DNA from: Octopus sinensis
Taxonomy: Eukaryota
NCBI RefSeq assembly: GCF_006345805.1
Contig: NC_043010.1
Location: forward strand, 13,888,001 to 13,952,000
Length of the DNA: 64,000 nt
Direction of reading: 5' to 3'
The notes under the pieces: generated by a model
Seen by the model: only the letters and a program-made list of their open reading frames with translations
Told to the model about the DNA's origin: nothing
Database searches by the model: none
Shown: positions 11,580-23,345 of the stretch, in pieces
How positions within the stretch are numbered: position 1 is the first letter of the stretch
How the letters are laid out: each line of letters begins with the position of its first letter
Translations under genes and position numbers: made by a program

Positions 11580-12439
11580 ATGCAACCTAATGGAAAACAT
11601 TTAAAATAAGCAAATTCATGAATACGTTACTGACAAGCCTTAACTTTGGATCTAGTCGGTTTGGCTGCCAGCATCAATTCTGTCCGAATTGATTTCATAT
11701 TCAGTGTAATGATACGCTTTTATTGACTAATGAATGACGGGAAAATCAGTTTCGCTACAAACCAATAAATAAAGAGTTATTGGCAATTTTGGTAATTTTA
11801 GCCAATTGTAAGCCACAGACGACATTCTCTCTTTTACTCTTTTACTTGTTTCGTGCGTAATTAAGCCAGCAACACCTAGTCGAACAAACACTTCCGCGCA
11901 TGCGTAATACAATAATGGTGATGTTCTTAACTGTTATATGGGAATGTAAATATGTTTGCAAATCATTTTTGTTACATGTTATTCTGTGTTCTGAATACTT
12001 TTATTTTAATAAATGTTGCTTACTGCAAGTTATGGATGTAATCAAACACACAGACATACACGTATGCACGCACGCACATACATACGCGCTGATGTATACG
12101 ACGAGCTTCTTGCAGTTTCCACCAACAAACTTACTCTATGAGACGCTCAAAAGGTTGAGAAGACCTTCGAGTGGTCTGGCGTAGGGTATGCTAACCGCAC
12201 AAGACTGTATATACGTGTGTTTATTGTAGTCGGAGGTAAGTTAGAATTAAGGAAAGAAACAGTGAATTTGGCCACTGCACTGGACGACCAAAACCCACAC
12301 TACACCAGTAATACCTTTTTCCCCTCGCCGTGTGAAGAGCCATGGGCACTGCCTTACCTCCTGGCTAAAAGATAAAAGCATAAAACATCGATCAGCGCTG
12401 CTTGGAATTGTTGCTTCGTTTGTATAAAGACCAAGCGAT

Positions 12440-12735
12440 GCATATGGCCTAGTGGTTAGAGCAGCGGACTTGCGGTCGAAGGATCACAGGTTCGAATCTC
12501 ACACCGGGCGATGTGTGTGTTTATGAGCGAAACACCTAAGCTCTACGCGGCTCCGGCAGAAGGTAACGGCGAAACTTCTGCTGACTCTTTCGCTACAACT
12601 TTCTCTCACTCTTTCCTCCTGCATCTTGCAGCTCACCTGCGACGGACCGACGTCCCGTCCAGGTGGGGAACCTATACGCCAATGAAACCGGAAAACCGGC
12701 CCTTATGAGCCAGGCATAGCTCGAGAAGGAACAAC
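12440..12735 (+). mobile_element. SINE-C1
   Basis: Homologous to 7128-7428. Confidence 0.85.
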
Positions 12736-13249
12736 ACACAAGCGAGGCAAGATATACAGAATTTTTTTTACTCCCTGATAGCATAGTAAAAAGAAAATAA
12801 CACCTTTAGTAACACAACTGTCATATATCTTCTTTCTCTATGCTAACTCACCTATATTCATTTCCTTTTTTCTGTGTTAATACGAATACGGAATCAAGAA
12901 GACATCAATAAAATCTATGAATGCATACCATTGTTCCGCTAATAAAGTACCTTTTTTTTTTATTTCGTTGTCAATATTTTTTCATGTCTTGTGACAAAAG
13001 ATATTTTGTTTCCCATTAATGTCGTTCAAATGTCTACTTGTTTGAGCGCTTTGACCGAGTATCTTTCGCTGTTGTAGTTGCTATTGTTTACGAATCTCCA
13101 TAGAAACACAAAACATCGAAAAATAACCCACCTTCCTCATTTTATTTTGTTAAGAAATAATCTCCGACTCGTTCCAGATATCCAGTTTTCTATTACTCCA
13201 AATAAAAGAACAGGTTTTTCATTCATAATAAAGGGTAATATTTTATAAC

Positions 13250-13470
13250 TACAAGGTAACACTCAACTTCCTTTTCAAGTGGAACTTGAAAAAGCTGATG
13301 AGGGCTTGGCCAAAAACGAAAGTGTCTGTCTTTAGCCCTTTCAGACGAGTCCACCATACTACCTCTTTCGCTACCGCCATCAGACAAATAAAAACTGCCT
13401 GCCCCTCCCGGCCAAAGGAGGGCGGCGGGACAATCTTCAAACCAGAGCAGAGTGGTGACATTTAGTAGAG
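13250..13470 (-). mobile_element. L1/Tx1-like LINE ORF2 C-terminal relic
   Basis: AVAKEVVWWTRLKG...FFKFHLKRK; same family as 51650-52235. Confidence 0.6.
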
Positions 13471-13574
13471 ATGACCCGGAAGTTGTTCCTCTTCAATTAC
13501 TATCGCAAACAGCAGATTTCTTCAACTGAATACACGTCGTTGATTGGTTGAAATTACCCAAATACAACTCGAAA

Positions 13575-13971
13575 TCTTTATATATAAAAGTGAAGTTGTG
13601 TGTCTGTCTCCTACGATTTAGATTCCTAACTACTCCCACATTTTGCGGTGCAGTGTAACCAAAACCGGGTATCTTATAGTCGTGATTCATATCGAGCCCT
13701 TCTGGGTATTAGCGCGCGTCTACGATGAGTCTACGATTTAAAAAATAATTTACCATCATTTTTTTACATTTTAATGCATTTTTTCGCTATTATATAAGGG
13801 AAGTAACTCTCTAAAAATGTATACGATGAGTCAACGATTTAAAAAAAAATTTACTATCATTTTTTTCCCCATTTTTAGTGCATTTTTTTGCTATTTTTTG
13901 GCTATAACTCTAAAAATGCTTATATAGTTATTTCCCTTACAAACACGAGCAACGCCGGGCGATACTGCTAG
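13575..13971 (+). mobile_element. Non-autonomous Helitron
   Basis: A|TC start, CTAG|T end, subterminal GC hairpin (C(A)CGAGCAACGCCGGG), no TSD; second copy at 25052. Confidence 0.82.
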
Positions 13972-14089
13972 TAACTTCTAAAATACCAAATTTTGTCAAA
14001 AATGTTCTAAGTAAACCGTGTTCTGCGTGAGACATTCTGCTAGGATACGAAGTTTCAAACTATTTAGTTAAAAAAACATAACTAAAAAC

Positions 14090-15100
14090 TCTATGCGCCA
14101 AACTGAACAGATCCGCCATTCCCCCTTCTCGATCTCAATATTCGAGCAGTTGGAGCTGTTTGGGTGAGAAAGGGGGATTTTCTCTGGGTCTTGGTTTTGT
14201 TGGGGGTTCATCTGTTGCTGTAGTAGCTGTTGGTGGTGGTGGTGGTTACTGCTACTGGTGTCTTTGTTGTTGGAGTGGCGATGGCTGGAGGCAGCGTCGC
14301 TGGTGATGATGTTGATGTTTGGGTGACCACTGGTTTCTGCTGCTGCTGCTGCTGTACAGGAGGTGACCCCCCCCCCGGTTCTAGTGTCGGCAGAAGGGCC
14401 GGTCGCCTCTTCTTCTTGGGCAGGAGACCCTGAGGTGGCCTTAACTACCACAAAAAATAGCACCTTGGCCTCCTGCCCTCCACAGTCACGCGTTGTCTGG
14501 TGCCGTCAGGCAGGTTTATCGAATCAGGGATTGAATTTAAAGCCCTTTGTTCAATTTGAACAAAGGAGCTTTAAACCCTGACCCGACCAATTTTGCTGGC
14601 GCAACTTGTGGCGGTATCCTCTATATCAAAGAAAGGCGGCAAGCTGGCAGAAACGTTAGCACGCCGGGCAAAATGCTTAGCTGTATTTCGTCTGCCGCTA
14701 CGTTCTGAGTTCAAATTCCGCCGAGGTCGACTTTGCCTTTCATCCTTTCGGGGTCGATAAATTAAGTACTAGTTACGCACTGGGGTCGCTGTAATCGAAT
14801 TAATCCGTTTGTCCCCTCTGTGTTTAGGCCCTTGTGGGTAGTAAAGAAATAGGTATCCTTTATATCAAAGAGGACAGCCACCACCAGCCAACAGACATTA
14901 TTTCGGGGCGGTGGGGGGGGGGGCGTTCCAAATTTTTATTTTCGTGACACACCTACCCATATATGTTGGAACGAGCATAAAATCTTGTCTTCAAGGGCGC
15001 TGTAGAATGTTGTTTAGCTCCTTGTTCTGTAGCAAAACGAACATTGGACAGTGCCAAAACTTTTACCCCATGTCACAGACTATTTTATGTTCCATACAGG
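14090..15100 (-). pseudogene. Gag-like ORF1 relic of a non-LTR element (probably Tx1-like) with CCHC knuckle
   Basis: Hand reconstruction IPDSINLPDGTRQRVTVEGRRPR-CYFCGS*GHLRVSC (CX2CX4HX4C) with stops and frameshifts; the frame continues across the SINE at 14633-14852. Confidence 0.55.
14633..14852 (+). mobile_element. SINE-B monomer
   Basis: TSD GGTATCCTYTATATCAAAGA at 14613 and 14852. Confidence 0.88.
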
Positions 15101-15692
15101 TTTCAGTATCCGTTCCAGCTTCTAAAATACCATGTTCTACTTCCCTCTTCTTTATTTTTATACATTTGTAGGTGATTGCTTTTTGGGTTGGGAGTCTCTA
15201 ATTAAATCCTGTGGTGTATTAAGGGGGACATCACTTCTATCCTTCCTTAACATTCAAGTCTGTATCATATCCGTTCCGTTTGTTTCCATGCCCCATTTTC
15301 ATTCCTGAAAACCATTTATCGACACTTTGTCTCGGCCGATTGAGGGTCACCCAGTTTAACACCAGCACTTATGGCATCGTGGGTGGCCTTAACGGAATGG
15401 ACACTTGTTGCAAGCATTCGGGTTAGGTCTGCAAGGCCAGGTGACAATTTGTTGACCGGGGGGAAATGGCATCAATACTTGTAGCTAGGTGGGTTTTCAT
15501 AGGAGCGCGGATGGGATCTTTTTCCCTTTGAACGGCAGATCGAGAAATTAATTTTTTGTAACTAAACACTTTCAAACTTCGGACACTGGTAGCTGAAAAA
15601 CAAGAAAAAATAAACTAAAAGCAGTAGAAATGCACGAACGATTATGGTGGTGCCATGAAGTAAACCTGCTTCAGATACAATCGTTTATTCAT

Positions 15693-15815
15693 CATCATCC
15701 TCATTTAGCGTCCGCTTTCCATGCTAGCATGGGTTGGACGGTTCAAATGGGGTCTGTGAAGCCAGAAGGCTGCACCAGACCAGTCAGATCTGGCAATGTT
15801 TCTACGGCTGCCTTT
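15693..15815 (-). mobile_element. RTE family 1 3'-tail fragment
   Basis: (CAT)n followed by TTAGCGTCCGCTTTCCATGCTAGCATGGGTTGGACGG, the reverse complement of 58150-58210. Confidence 0.8.
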
Positions 15816-15955
15816 TGCTGCATGGTTTGTCGTTTCTTGTTTGAGTTTTCTTTTTTCGTTTGTGTTGTCTGTGTTTATGGCAGCGGTGGTGTTGGCAGTG
15901 TTTTCTTTTTCTGTGTTAATGGTGGTGCTGGTGCTGTTGGTACTGTTATTCGAGG

Positions 15956-16190
15956 AAGGCGGTGAGCTGGCAGAAACGTTAGCACGCCGGGCGAAATGCG
16001 TAGCCGTATTTCGTCTGTCGTTACGTTTCGAGTTCAAATTCCGCCGAGGTCGACTTTGCCTTTCATCCTTTCTGGGTCGATAAATTAAGTACCAGTTACG
16101 CACTGGGGTCGATATAATCGACTTAATCCGTTTGCCTGCCCTTGTTTGTCCTCTCTGTGTTTAGCCCCTTGTGGGTAGTAAAGAAATAGG
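15956..16190 (+). mobile_element. SINE-B monomer
   Basis: TSD GGTACTGTTATTCGAGG at 15939-15955 and 16189-16205. Confidence 0.9.
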
Positions 16191-16357
16191 TACTGTTATT
16201 CGAGGGAGGAATCCTCGGGGTGTTGACCGTCAGAACAGCAGCCACTACCACTCCCCTTCAACAAATGAAGCCATCTTGCTCTTCATTAGACGAAAAACAA
16301 AAAACACTTTATAAGGACCAAAATGTCCATAATTTGTCCCTAAAAGGGGGAACCTTT

Positions 16358-16761
16358 GGATCTTTTCGGTTTGAACGGCAGCTTTTTAAAATAATTTCCA
16401 CGTAACTAAACACTTTTAAACTTCGTATACTGGTAGAATGTGCTTATAAAACATCTTTTCTCTTGGCTTTATTGAGAAAATTCTATAGTTTGTAAGATAT
16501 TTGCTGTTCTTTCTCATCAATTTCTGCAATTTCAACCAATCAGTGACGTCTATTGAGGTAAAAAGCATTCTGTGACGTATGAATATGTCCCTCGTTTAAG
16601 AAACAGATTGGGTTTATTTACATTTGTGAAAAAAAAAAAGATACCCTTCCCTCCACCCCTAACCCTAAAAGAGATTGAAATGCAATAGATCGATTCTAGG
16701 GTCATAATTATGGGTGACAATTTCATATGACACCGCTAGAAAAAACTGCCGTTCAAACCGA
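16358..16761. mobile_element. MITE, Merlin-like (right end clipped)
   Basis: Left TIR intact; right TIR lacks the terminal ~8 nt. Confidence 0.82.
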
Positions 16762-17082
16762 GCCTTTAACAAAAGGGATTCAAAAAACAAAACAGATCAA
16801 TAAAATTCAAAAAACACAATTAGTATCAATTTACAGAGCTGAAAAAACACATCCAGCCAAGGTGACAACAAGAATAATAATAAACCCGAAACTTTGGGTA
16901 AAGGGCTAGTCGATTTCATCGACCCCAGTGCATAACTGGTACTTAGTTCATTGACCCTTAAAAGACGAAAGGTAAAAGTTGACCTTGGCAGAATTTGAAC
17001 TCAGAACATAAAGATGTACGAAATGTCACTAAGCATTTTGCCCGGAGTACCAACGATTCTGCCAGCTTGCCAACTTATAACA

Positions 17083-17350
17083 ACATCATCATCATCATTG
17101 TTTAGCGTCCGCTTTCCATGCTGGCATGGGTTGGACGGTTCAACTGGGGTCTGGGAAGCCAGAAGGCTGCACCACGCCCAGTCTGATCTGGCAATGTTTC
17201 TACGGCTGGATGCCCTTCCTAACGCCAACCACTCCATGAGTGTTGTGGGTGCTTTTTACATGCCACCAGCACAGGTGCCAGATGAGGCTGGCAAACGGCC
17301 ACGATCAGATGGTGCTTTTTATGTGCCACCGGCACGGAGGCCAGGCGATG
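17083..17350 (-). mobile_element. RTE family 1 3'-tail fragment
   Basis: Matches the reverse complement of 57900-58210. Confidence 0.85.
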
Positions 17351-17996
17351 CTTGGGTGATTTGGGAACCACCTTATTTTCTGAAGCCACTACAAGGAATT
17401 TTGTTACGTGCTTCCGCACTCAAAGGGGAGCCTTTGTAGTGATGTCATTCTTCAGTGTGCGGTGTGCGGGGCTGGAACCTTCTGGAAAGGCCTAAGGAAG
17501 TTCCCTAATGCACATGTGCTAAAAACTGGGAACGAGAATTCTATGTGTTAAGACGTGTTTAATGTGATATCAGCCTATTCTCCTGTCCCAGACGCTTGGG
17601 ATTTGACCGGCTCTGTTGCTGCTGGAGTTGTTGTGAGGTTTATCTTTACAAATGTTGAACTTCAGTCTTGCTGTACCTACACCAAGTGGTTACCAATTTA
17701 TGTAAATAACGAAACAAAGTGTCATATAATAATAATAATAATAATAATAAAAACAAAGGCAAAGGAGGAGGTAAATTTTCTTTCTTCACTGACAAACATT
17801 TTTATTTACAAGTTAAATAGCCTGATAGAAAATATAACACAGCCATTGCTGTATGAAAGGGTTGATCACAGATAAAGTAAATTGGCCCACAGAAAAGGCC
17901 AGGAATTTGGCCATGCTCTTGCACATTATGCATGTATTGGGCATTTATAAAGCCCCTTCAGTAAAAGTGGATACAATTCGGCAACACTGCCATATA

Positions 17997-18000
<4 letters not shown>

Positions 18001-18027
<27 letters not shown>

Positions 18028-18280
18028 GTTTCTTTATTGCCCACAAGGGGCTAAACATAGAAGGGAGGACAAACAAGGACAGACAAAGGGATTAAGTCGA
18101 TTACATCGACCCCCAGTGCGAAACTGGTACTTTTATTTATCGACCCCCGAAAGGATGAAAGGCAAAGTCGACCTCGGCGGAATTTGAACTCAGAACGTAA
18201 CGACAGACGAAATACCGCTAAGCATTCCGCCCGGCGCGCTAACGTGTCTGCCAGCTCGCCGCCTTTGTATGTATATATAT

Positions 18281-18332
<52 letters not shown>

Positions 18333-18572
18333 TCTTTATTGCCCACAAGGGGCTAAACATAGAGGGGAGGACAAACAAGGACAGACAAAGGGATTAAGTC
18401 GATTACATCGACCCCAGTGCGAAACTGGTACTTTTATTTATCGACCCCCGAAAGGATGAAAGGCAAAGTCGACCTCGGCGGAATTTGAACTCAGAACGTA
18501 ACGACAGACGAAATACCGCTAAGCATTCCGCCCGGCGCGCTAACGTGTCTGCCAGCTCGCCGCCTTTGTATG

Positions 18573-18620
<48 letters not shown>
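18001..18620 (-). repeat. Tandem duplication (~300 bp) of (TA)n plus SINE-B
   Basis: Two SINE-B copies (18030-18265, 18331-18565) share private variants such as CTTTTATTTATCGACCCCCG and identical flanks. Confidence 0.88.
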
Positions 18621-18621
<1 letters not shown>

Positions 18622-19044
18622 AATCTCACCTCCTCGATGAGGTGAGCAGGAGTCAAACCAAGTGTCCTCCACTCATTTGCAGATACCACTAACCATATCC
18701 TAAGTCTACTATTATCGCCACCATTATCACTCATTCTATCACTACTACAACTACTACTACTACTACTTTTACTACATCACCACCCAGAAAAAAAAACAAC
18801 AAAGCTCTCTCTCGACATCATCACCACCATCTCCATCTTGTATCAGTCTTGTTCAAAAACAGACGATTTTTTAACGTAGAAATATCAAAGACAAAAAAAA
18901 ACAAAAACTTTAAAAAAATAGAAAAAAAAAAGAAATTAGAAGGGTGGTAGGAACTTTGGTGGTGATGGTGGTGGTGATAGTAGTAGTAATGAGAGTAGCA
19001 ACAGGCAGCAGTAGTGGTATCAGAGGCAACAGCAGTAACGACCT

Positions 19045-19297
19045 CATATATATGTTTATGTGTGGATATGTGGATATATATATATATACACACACATTTA
19101 TATATATACATATATACATACATATATATATATACATATATACATATATATATATATACATACTTATATATATGCACATATATATACATATATATATACA
19201 CACACACACGCACACATACATATATTCATATATACATATACATACATATAATCACATATAGATACATACGTTTATATATATACATACATATATATAC

Positions 19298-19328
<31 letters not shown>

Positions 19329-19390
19329 TATACATACACACATATACATACATACATACATACACATACACACACATACATATATGTATA
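19045..19390. repeat. Compound (TA)/(TACA)/(CA) microsatellite immediately after the OGA stop
   Basis: Directly visible. Confidence 0.9.
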
Positions 19391-19409
19391 TCATTGGGGT
19401 TTGATTCCT

Positions 19410-19709
19410 TTACATGATACGCCCCAGATAGATGGTGTCTTCAGGACCGAGATCGGGGTTGAGGAACTGAAAGAAACCCAAACGACTGTAGAACTCCAGC
19501 AGGTACTTGTCCCCAACGTTCAGTTCACAGAACACACCAATAGAGCCGTTGGTCTTCAGCGCCGACAGGCATGCAGCCAGCAGCCGATACGGGATGGTCG
19601 GGTCGCAGATGCGGCCAGGCAGTATGTCCATCCGGATCACCGATGGGTAGCGTTGGAACACGCTCTCTGGAATACACGGTGGTTGGTTGTGAAAACTGAG
19701 TACCACTTC
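19410..19709 (-). CDS. OGA: O-GlcNAcase last coding exon (pseudo-HAT domain)
   Basis: EVVLSFHNQ...[22 protein letters not shown]...LEFYSRLGF...IYLGRIM then TAA; cgcag acceptor; 300 nt; no canonical R/QxxGxG acetyl-CoA motif visible. Confidence 0.95.
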   Translation of the reverse strand, partial: EVVLSFHNQPPCIPESVFQRYPSVIRMDILPGRICDPTIPYRLLAACLSALKTNGSIGVFCELNVGDKYLLEFYSRLGFFQFLNPDLGPEDTIYLGRIM

Positions 19710-19927
19710 CTGCGGAGAGAAGAAAGAGAGAAAAAAAAAAAAAATGTAGTAGACCAACAACAACAACAGTTCTTGCAAATTTGGGGCCAAGGTCAATTAT
19801 TTTAGGGGAGGAGTTGTGCTCAAATGGTACTTGTTTTATCAACCCCTGAAAGGATGAGAAGCAAAGCCAACCTGAGCAGAATTTGAACTGAAAACATAAA
19901 GAGCTAAAAGAAATGATGCTCAAACTA

Positions 19928-20102
19928 GGCGCAGGAGTGGCTGTGTGGTAGGTAGCTTGCTTACCAACCACATGGTTTTGGGTTCAGTCCCACTGCGTGG
20001 CACCTTGGGCAAGTATCTTCTACTATAGCCTCGGGCCGACCAAAGCCTTGTGAGTGGATTTGGTAGACGGAAACTGAAAGAAGCCTGTCGTATATATGTA
20101 TG

Positions 20103-20168
<66 letters not shown>

Positions 20169-20340
20169 TGTGTGTCTGTGTTTGTGTTTGTCCCCCTAGC
20201 ATTAGCGGTTCGGCAAAAGAGACCGATAGAATAAGTACTGGGCTTACAAAGAATAAGTCCCGGGGTCGATTTGCTCGACTAAAGGCGGTGCTCCAGCATG
20301 GCCGCAGTCAAATGACTGAAACCAGTAAAAGAGAGTAAAG
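19928..20340 (+). mobile_element. SINE-A
   Basis: Full head, long (TA)n core and tail. Confidence 0.9.
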
Positions 20341-21257
20341 AAAGAATGATAATATAAATGAGTTATACACAGCACTAGCACCTGTAAAGGACAAACCTGT
20401 ATGTATAAAATCGCAGTCGTCCATATATACAGGCTTGTTCTTTACAGGTGCCAGTACCAGGAAAAACTCATCTGTGCTGGTGACATGTAAAAAGCATGCA
20501 CCACACTCTGTTAAGTGGTTGGCATTAGGAAGGGCATCCAGCTATAGGAAACATACCACAGCAGACAACTGGAGTTTGGACAGCGCCTGTCAAACCATCT
20601 GACCCATGCCAAGCATGGAAAACTGACATTAAACGATGGTTATAATAGGCACAAAGCCAGCAATTTGGGGAAACGGTTAATCAATTATATTCTTTTCTAC
20701 TCAAGGCCCAGAATTTTGGGGGAAGTGGCCAGTCAATTAGATCAATCCCAGTATGCAACTGGTACTTAATTTATCAACCCTGAAAGAATGAAAGCAAAGT
20801 CAACCTCGACGGAATTTGAACTCAGAACGGGGTTAGTCAATTATATTGGCAGCAGTACTTGACTGGCACGTCACTGATCCATGAAGGATGAAAGATAAAG
20901 TTGCCATGACAATATTGAAACTCGGAATGTATAGAGTTGGAACAAATATTGTAAAGCACTTTTTCTATACTCTAACAAGTCCATCGACCCATAGCCTATA
21001 ATAATTATTTTCTAATTTAGGTACAAGATCAACAATTTTTGAGGAGAGAGGCCTAGTCAACACCATAAAACCCTAATACTTGGTTTTAATGAACACAACC
21101 ACCCACACACACACACACACAAAATAATGAAAGGCAAAATTAACCCCAGCAAGTTTTACTACCTTTAACCCTTTGGGTACCACATTTCTGTTGGCATACA
21201 AAGGGAGTTTCAATTATATTTTAAAATAATAAAGAATTTAGTAAAACAAATTTGTTA

Positions 21258-21627
21258 CTGGATGGAAGCACTCCGTCGGTTACAACGATGAGGGTTCCGG
21301 TTGATCTGAATCAACGGAACAGCCTGCTCGTGAAATTAACGTGTAAGTGGCTGAGCACTCCACAGACACGTGTACCCTTAACGTAGTTCTCGGGGATATT
21401 CAGCGTGACAAGGCCGACCCTTTGAAATACAGGTACAACAGAAACAGGAAGTAAGAGTGAGAGAAAGTTGTGGTGAAAGAGTACAGCAGGGATCACCACC
21501 ATCCCTGCTGGAGCCTCGTGGAGCTTTTTCACTCAATAAACACTTACAACGCCCGGTCTGGGAATCGAAACTGCGATCCTATGACCGCGAGTCCGCTGCC
21601 CTAACAACTGGGCCATTGCGCCTCCAC
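21258..21627 (-). mobile_element. SINE-C2
   Basis: Homologous to 25948-26330. Confidence 0.85.
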
Positions 21628-21869
21628 TAAGTTTGTTACTAATAAACTAGTGTTTGAAACAAATTAGCATGAGATTTTGATAGAAATTGTGACACAAACT
21701 GACCATAGGCAGTCTTAGGTGAGTTGGTATCAAAAAGGTTAAAGAATATATATTTCTAACATTGTGGTGGTTATTTTTAATGTCCAGATGATGGTGATCA
21801 ACTGCACGGGCAATAAGAACTACAAATTTTGAGTAGATGTCACACTTTCTCTCTTCCAGTTTTCTTTTA

Positions 21870-22192
21870 TCTTTTACTTCTTTCATTCATTAGACTACGG
21901 CCATGCTGGGACGCCACCATGAAGAATCTTTAGTTGAACAAATTGACCCCAATTCTATCAGTCCCTTTTGCCAAACTGCCAAGTTACAAGAACATAAACC
22001 ATCACCAGCTGTCAAGTATTGGTGGGACACACACACACATATGTATACATACGACAGGCTTCTTTCGTTTCTGTCTACCAAATCCACCCACAGGGCTTTG
22101 GTCGACCTGAGTCTATAGCAGAAGGTACCACACAGTGGGGCTGAACCTGGAACCATGTGGTTGGGAAGCTAGCTTCTTACCACACAGCCATG
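21870..22192 (-). mobile_element. SINE-A (diverged)
   Basis: Head at 22190, tail motif GCCATGCTGG. Confidence 0.75.
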
Positions 22193-22196
22193 ACAA

Positions 22197-22622
22197 GATC
22201 ATCCTCATCGTCGTTTAACGTCCGCTATCCATGCTAGCATGGGTTGGACGAATGACTGAGGGCTGGCAAACCAGATGGCTGCACCAGGCTTCAATCTTGA
22301 TCTGGCAGAGTTTCTACAGCTGGATGCCCTTCCTAACACCAACCACTCCGAGAGTGTAGTGGGTGCTTTTATGTGCCACCGGCACGGGGCCAGTCAGGCA
22401 GTACCGGCAACAACCTCGCTCAAATCTTTTACACATGCCACTGGCACAGGTGCCAGTAAGGCGATGTTGGTAACGATCACGCTCGAATGGTGTCTTTTAC
22501 GTGCCACTGCCACAGAGGCCAGATAGCCGCTTCGGCAATGATCACACTCGGATGGTGCTCTTTAAGGCGACGCTGGTAACGATCACACTCGAATGGAGCC
22601 TTTTAAGTGCCACTGGCACGGA
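22197..22622 (-). mobile_element. RTE family 1 3'-tail fragment
   Basis: (CAT)n and GGATGCCCTTCCTAAC motif. Confidence 0.8.
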
Positions 22623-22754
22623 ATGTAGATTTTAAACTGCAGTTTGTGAGGAATAATAGTTGGTTACAGGTTTCCAATGACCTAAACACTGTTTCACTGC
22701 ATTTTTGACACAAGGAATGATATGTGGTTAGTCCACATCATTCTGTGAGGAGCA

Positions 22755-23345
22755 ATAGGCCTGGTTTCCCCATTTCTCTGGCGTATACATTTCTACTTGG
22801 ATGGGACACCGGTCCCTCGCAGGATTACTCATTTTTAGCAGCTGAGTGAACTGGCGTCCCCAAAGTCCATCCCCTCCACACCGTGGTGGGAATGCTGGCA
22901 ACGGGTAGTGTCAGAGCTACGCCGTCGGGAACTTCAGTTCCTGGTAGGGCCACCCAAGACAGATTGGTCTGACACCAAGTGGTACTAGGGCCACAACCCG
23001 GCAGACGGGGCTCTGGTGAAAATCCTCGGAGTGTCTGTTTCAGCAACCGGCGGCTCCTCGGTCGTTCTGTCCCTGCGTCTGCGGACAATCTGCAGCAAAC
23101 AGGATGTCTCCACATGCAGGATTGTTGGGGACCGCTTGTGAAATCCACATATTCCAACGAAACTTCTTCCAAGGAAGAAGCCGACTCAACCCGCTCAGGG
23201 TGAATGTCACCACAAGTACAAGTAGAGTGAACTGGAACAATGTGAAATAAGGTGTTTTGCTCAAGAACAACATATCACTTGGTCCAAGAATTGAAACCAC
23301 AATCTTACAGCCATGAGTCCAACACCCTAACTACTAGGCCATGCA
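22755..23345 (-). mobile_element. SINE-D (CORE-like) interrupted by a 370-bp insertion
   Basis: Homologous to 63040-63290 once 22855-23235 is removed. Confidence 0.65.
22855..23224 (+). mobile_element. Short non-autonomous RTE-derived retroposon
   Basis: 11-bp TSD GAGTGAACTGG (22844-22854, 23225-23235); (CAAGTA)2 tail; GAGCTACGCCGT...TAGGGCCACCCAAGAC resembles RTE/BovB 5' UTR as I recall it. Confidence 0.7.

Noticed and set aside
13290-13310. CTGATGAG as a hammerhead ribozyme core (also CTGATGA near 23473, 29184 and 55398)
   Set aside because: I found no matching GAAA with stems II/III; the hits lie in LINE coding relics or simple repeats.
14068-14463. Poly-Q/His ORF as an exon of a host regulatory gene
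   Set aside because: Adjacent frames reconstruct a stop- and frameshift-ridden CCHC knuckle and retroelement ORF1; no convincing splice sites.
17555-17875. ORF containing VISAYSP, resembling the APE motif ISAYAP
   Set aside because: Flanking residues show no other endonuclease motifs; probably coincidence.
18625-18646. 8-bp perfect hairpin CTCACCTC/GAGGTGAG in the putative OGA 3' UTR
   Set aside because: Short enough to arise by chance; no SECIS or histone stem-loop features.
18821-19805. ORFs of 100-263 aa rich in Y/I/H/T (also 2114-2354 and 35101-35523)
   Set aside because: Translations of (TA)n/(CA)n microsatellites, or antisense overlap with the last OGA exon.
22855-22940. HDV-like ribozyme at the 5' end of the 370-bp element
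   Set aside because: A possible P1 and P4 can be drawn, but P3/L3 and J4/2 are non-canonical by eye; left as a test in the finding, not a call.
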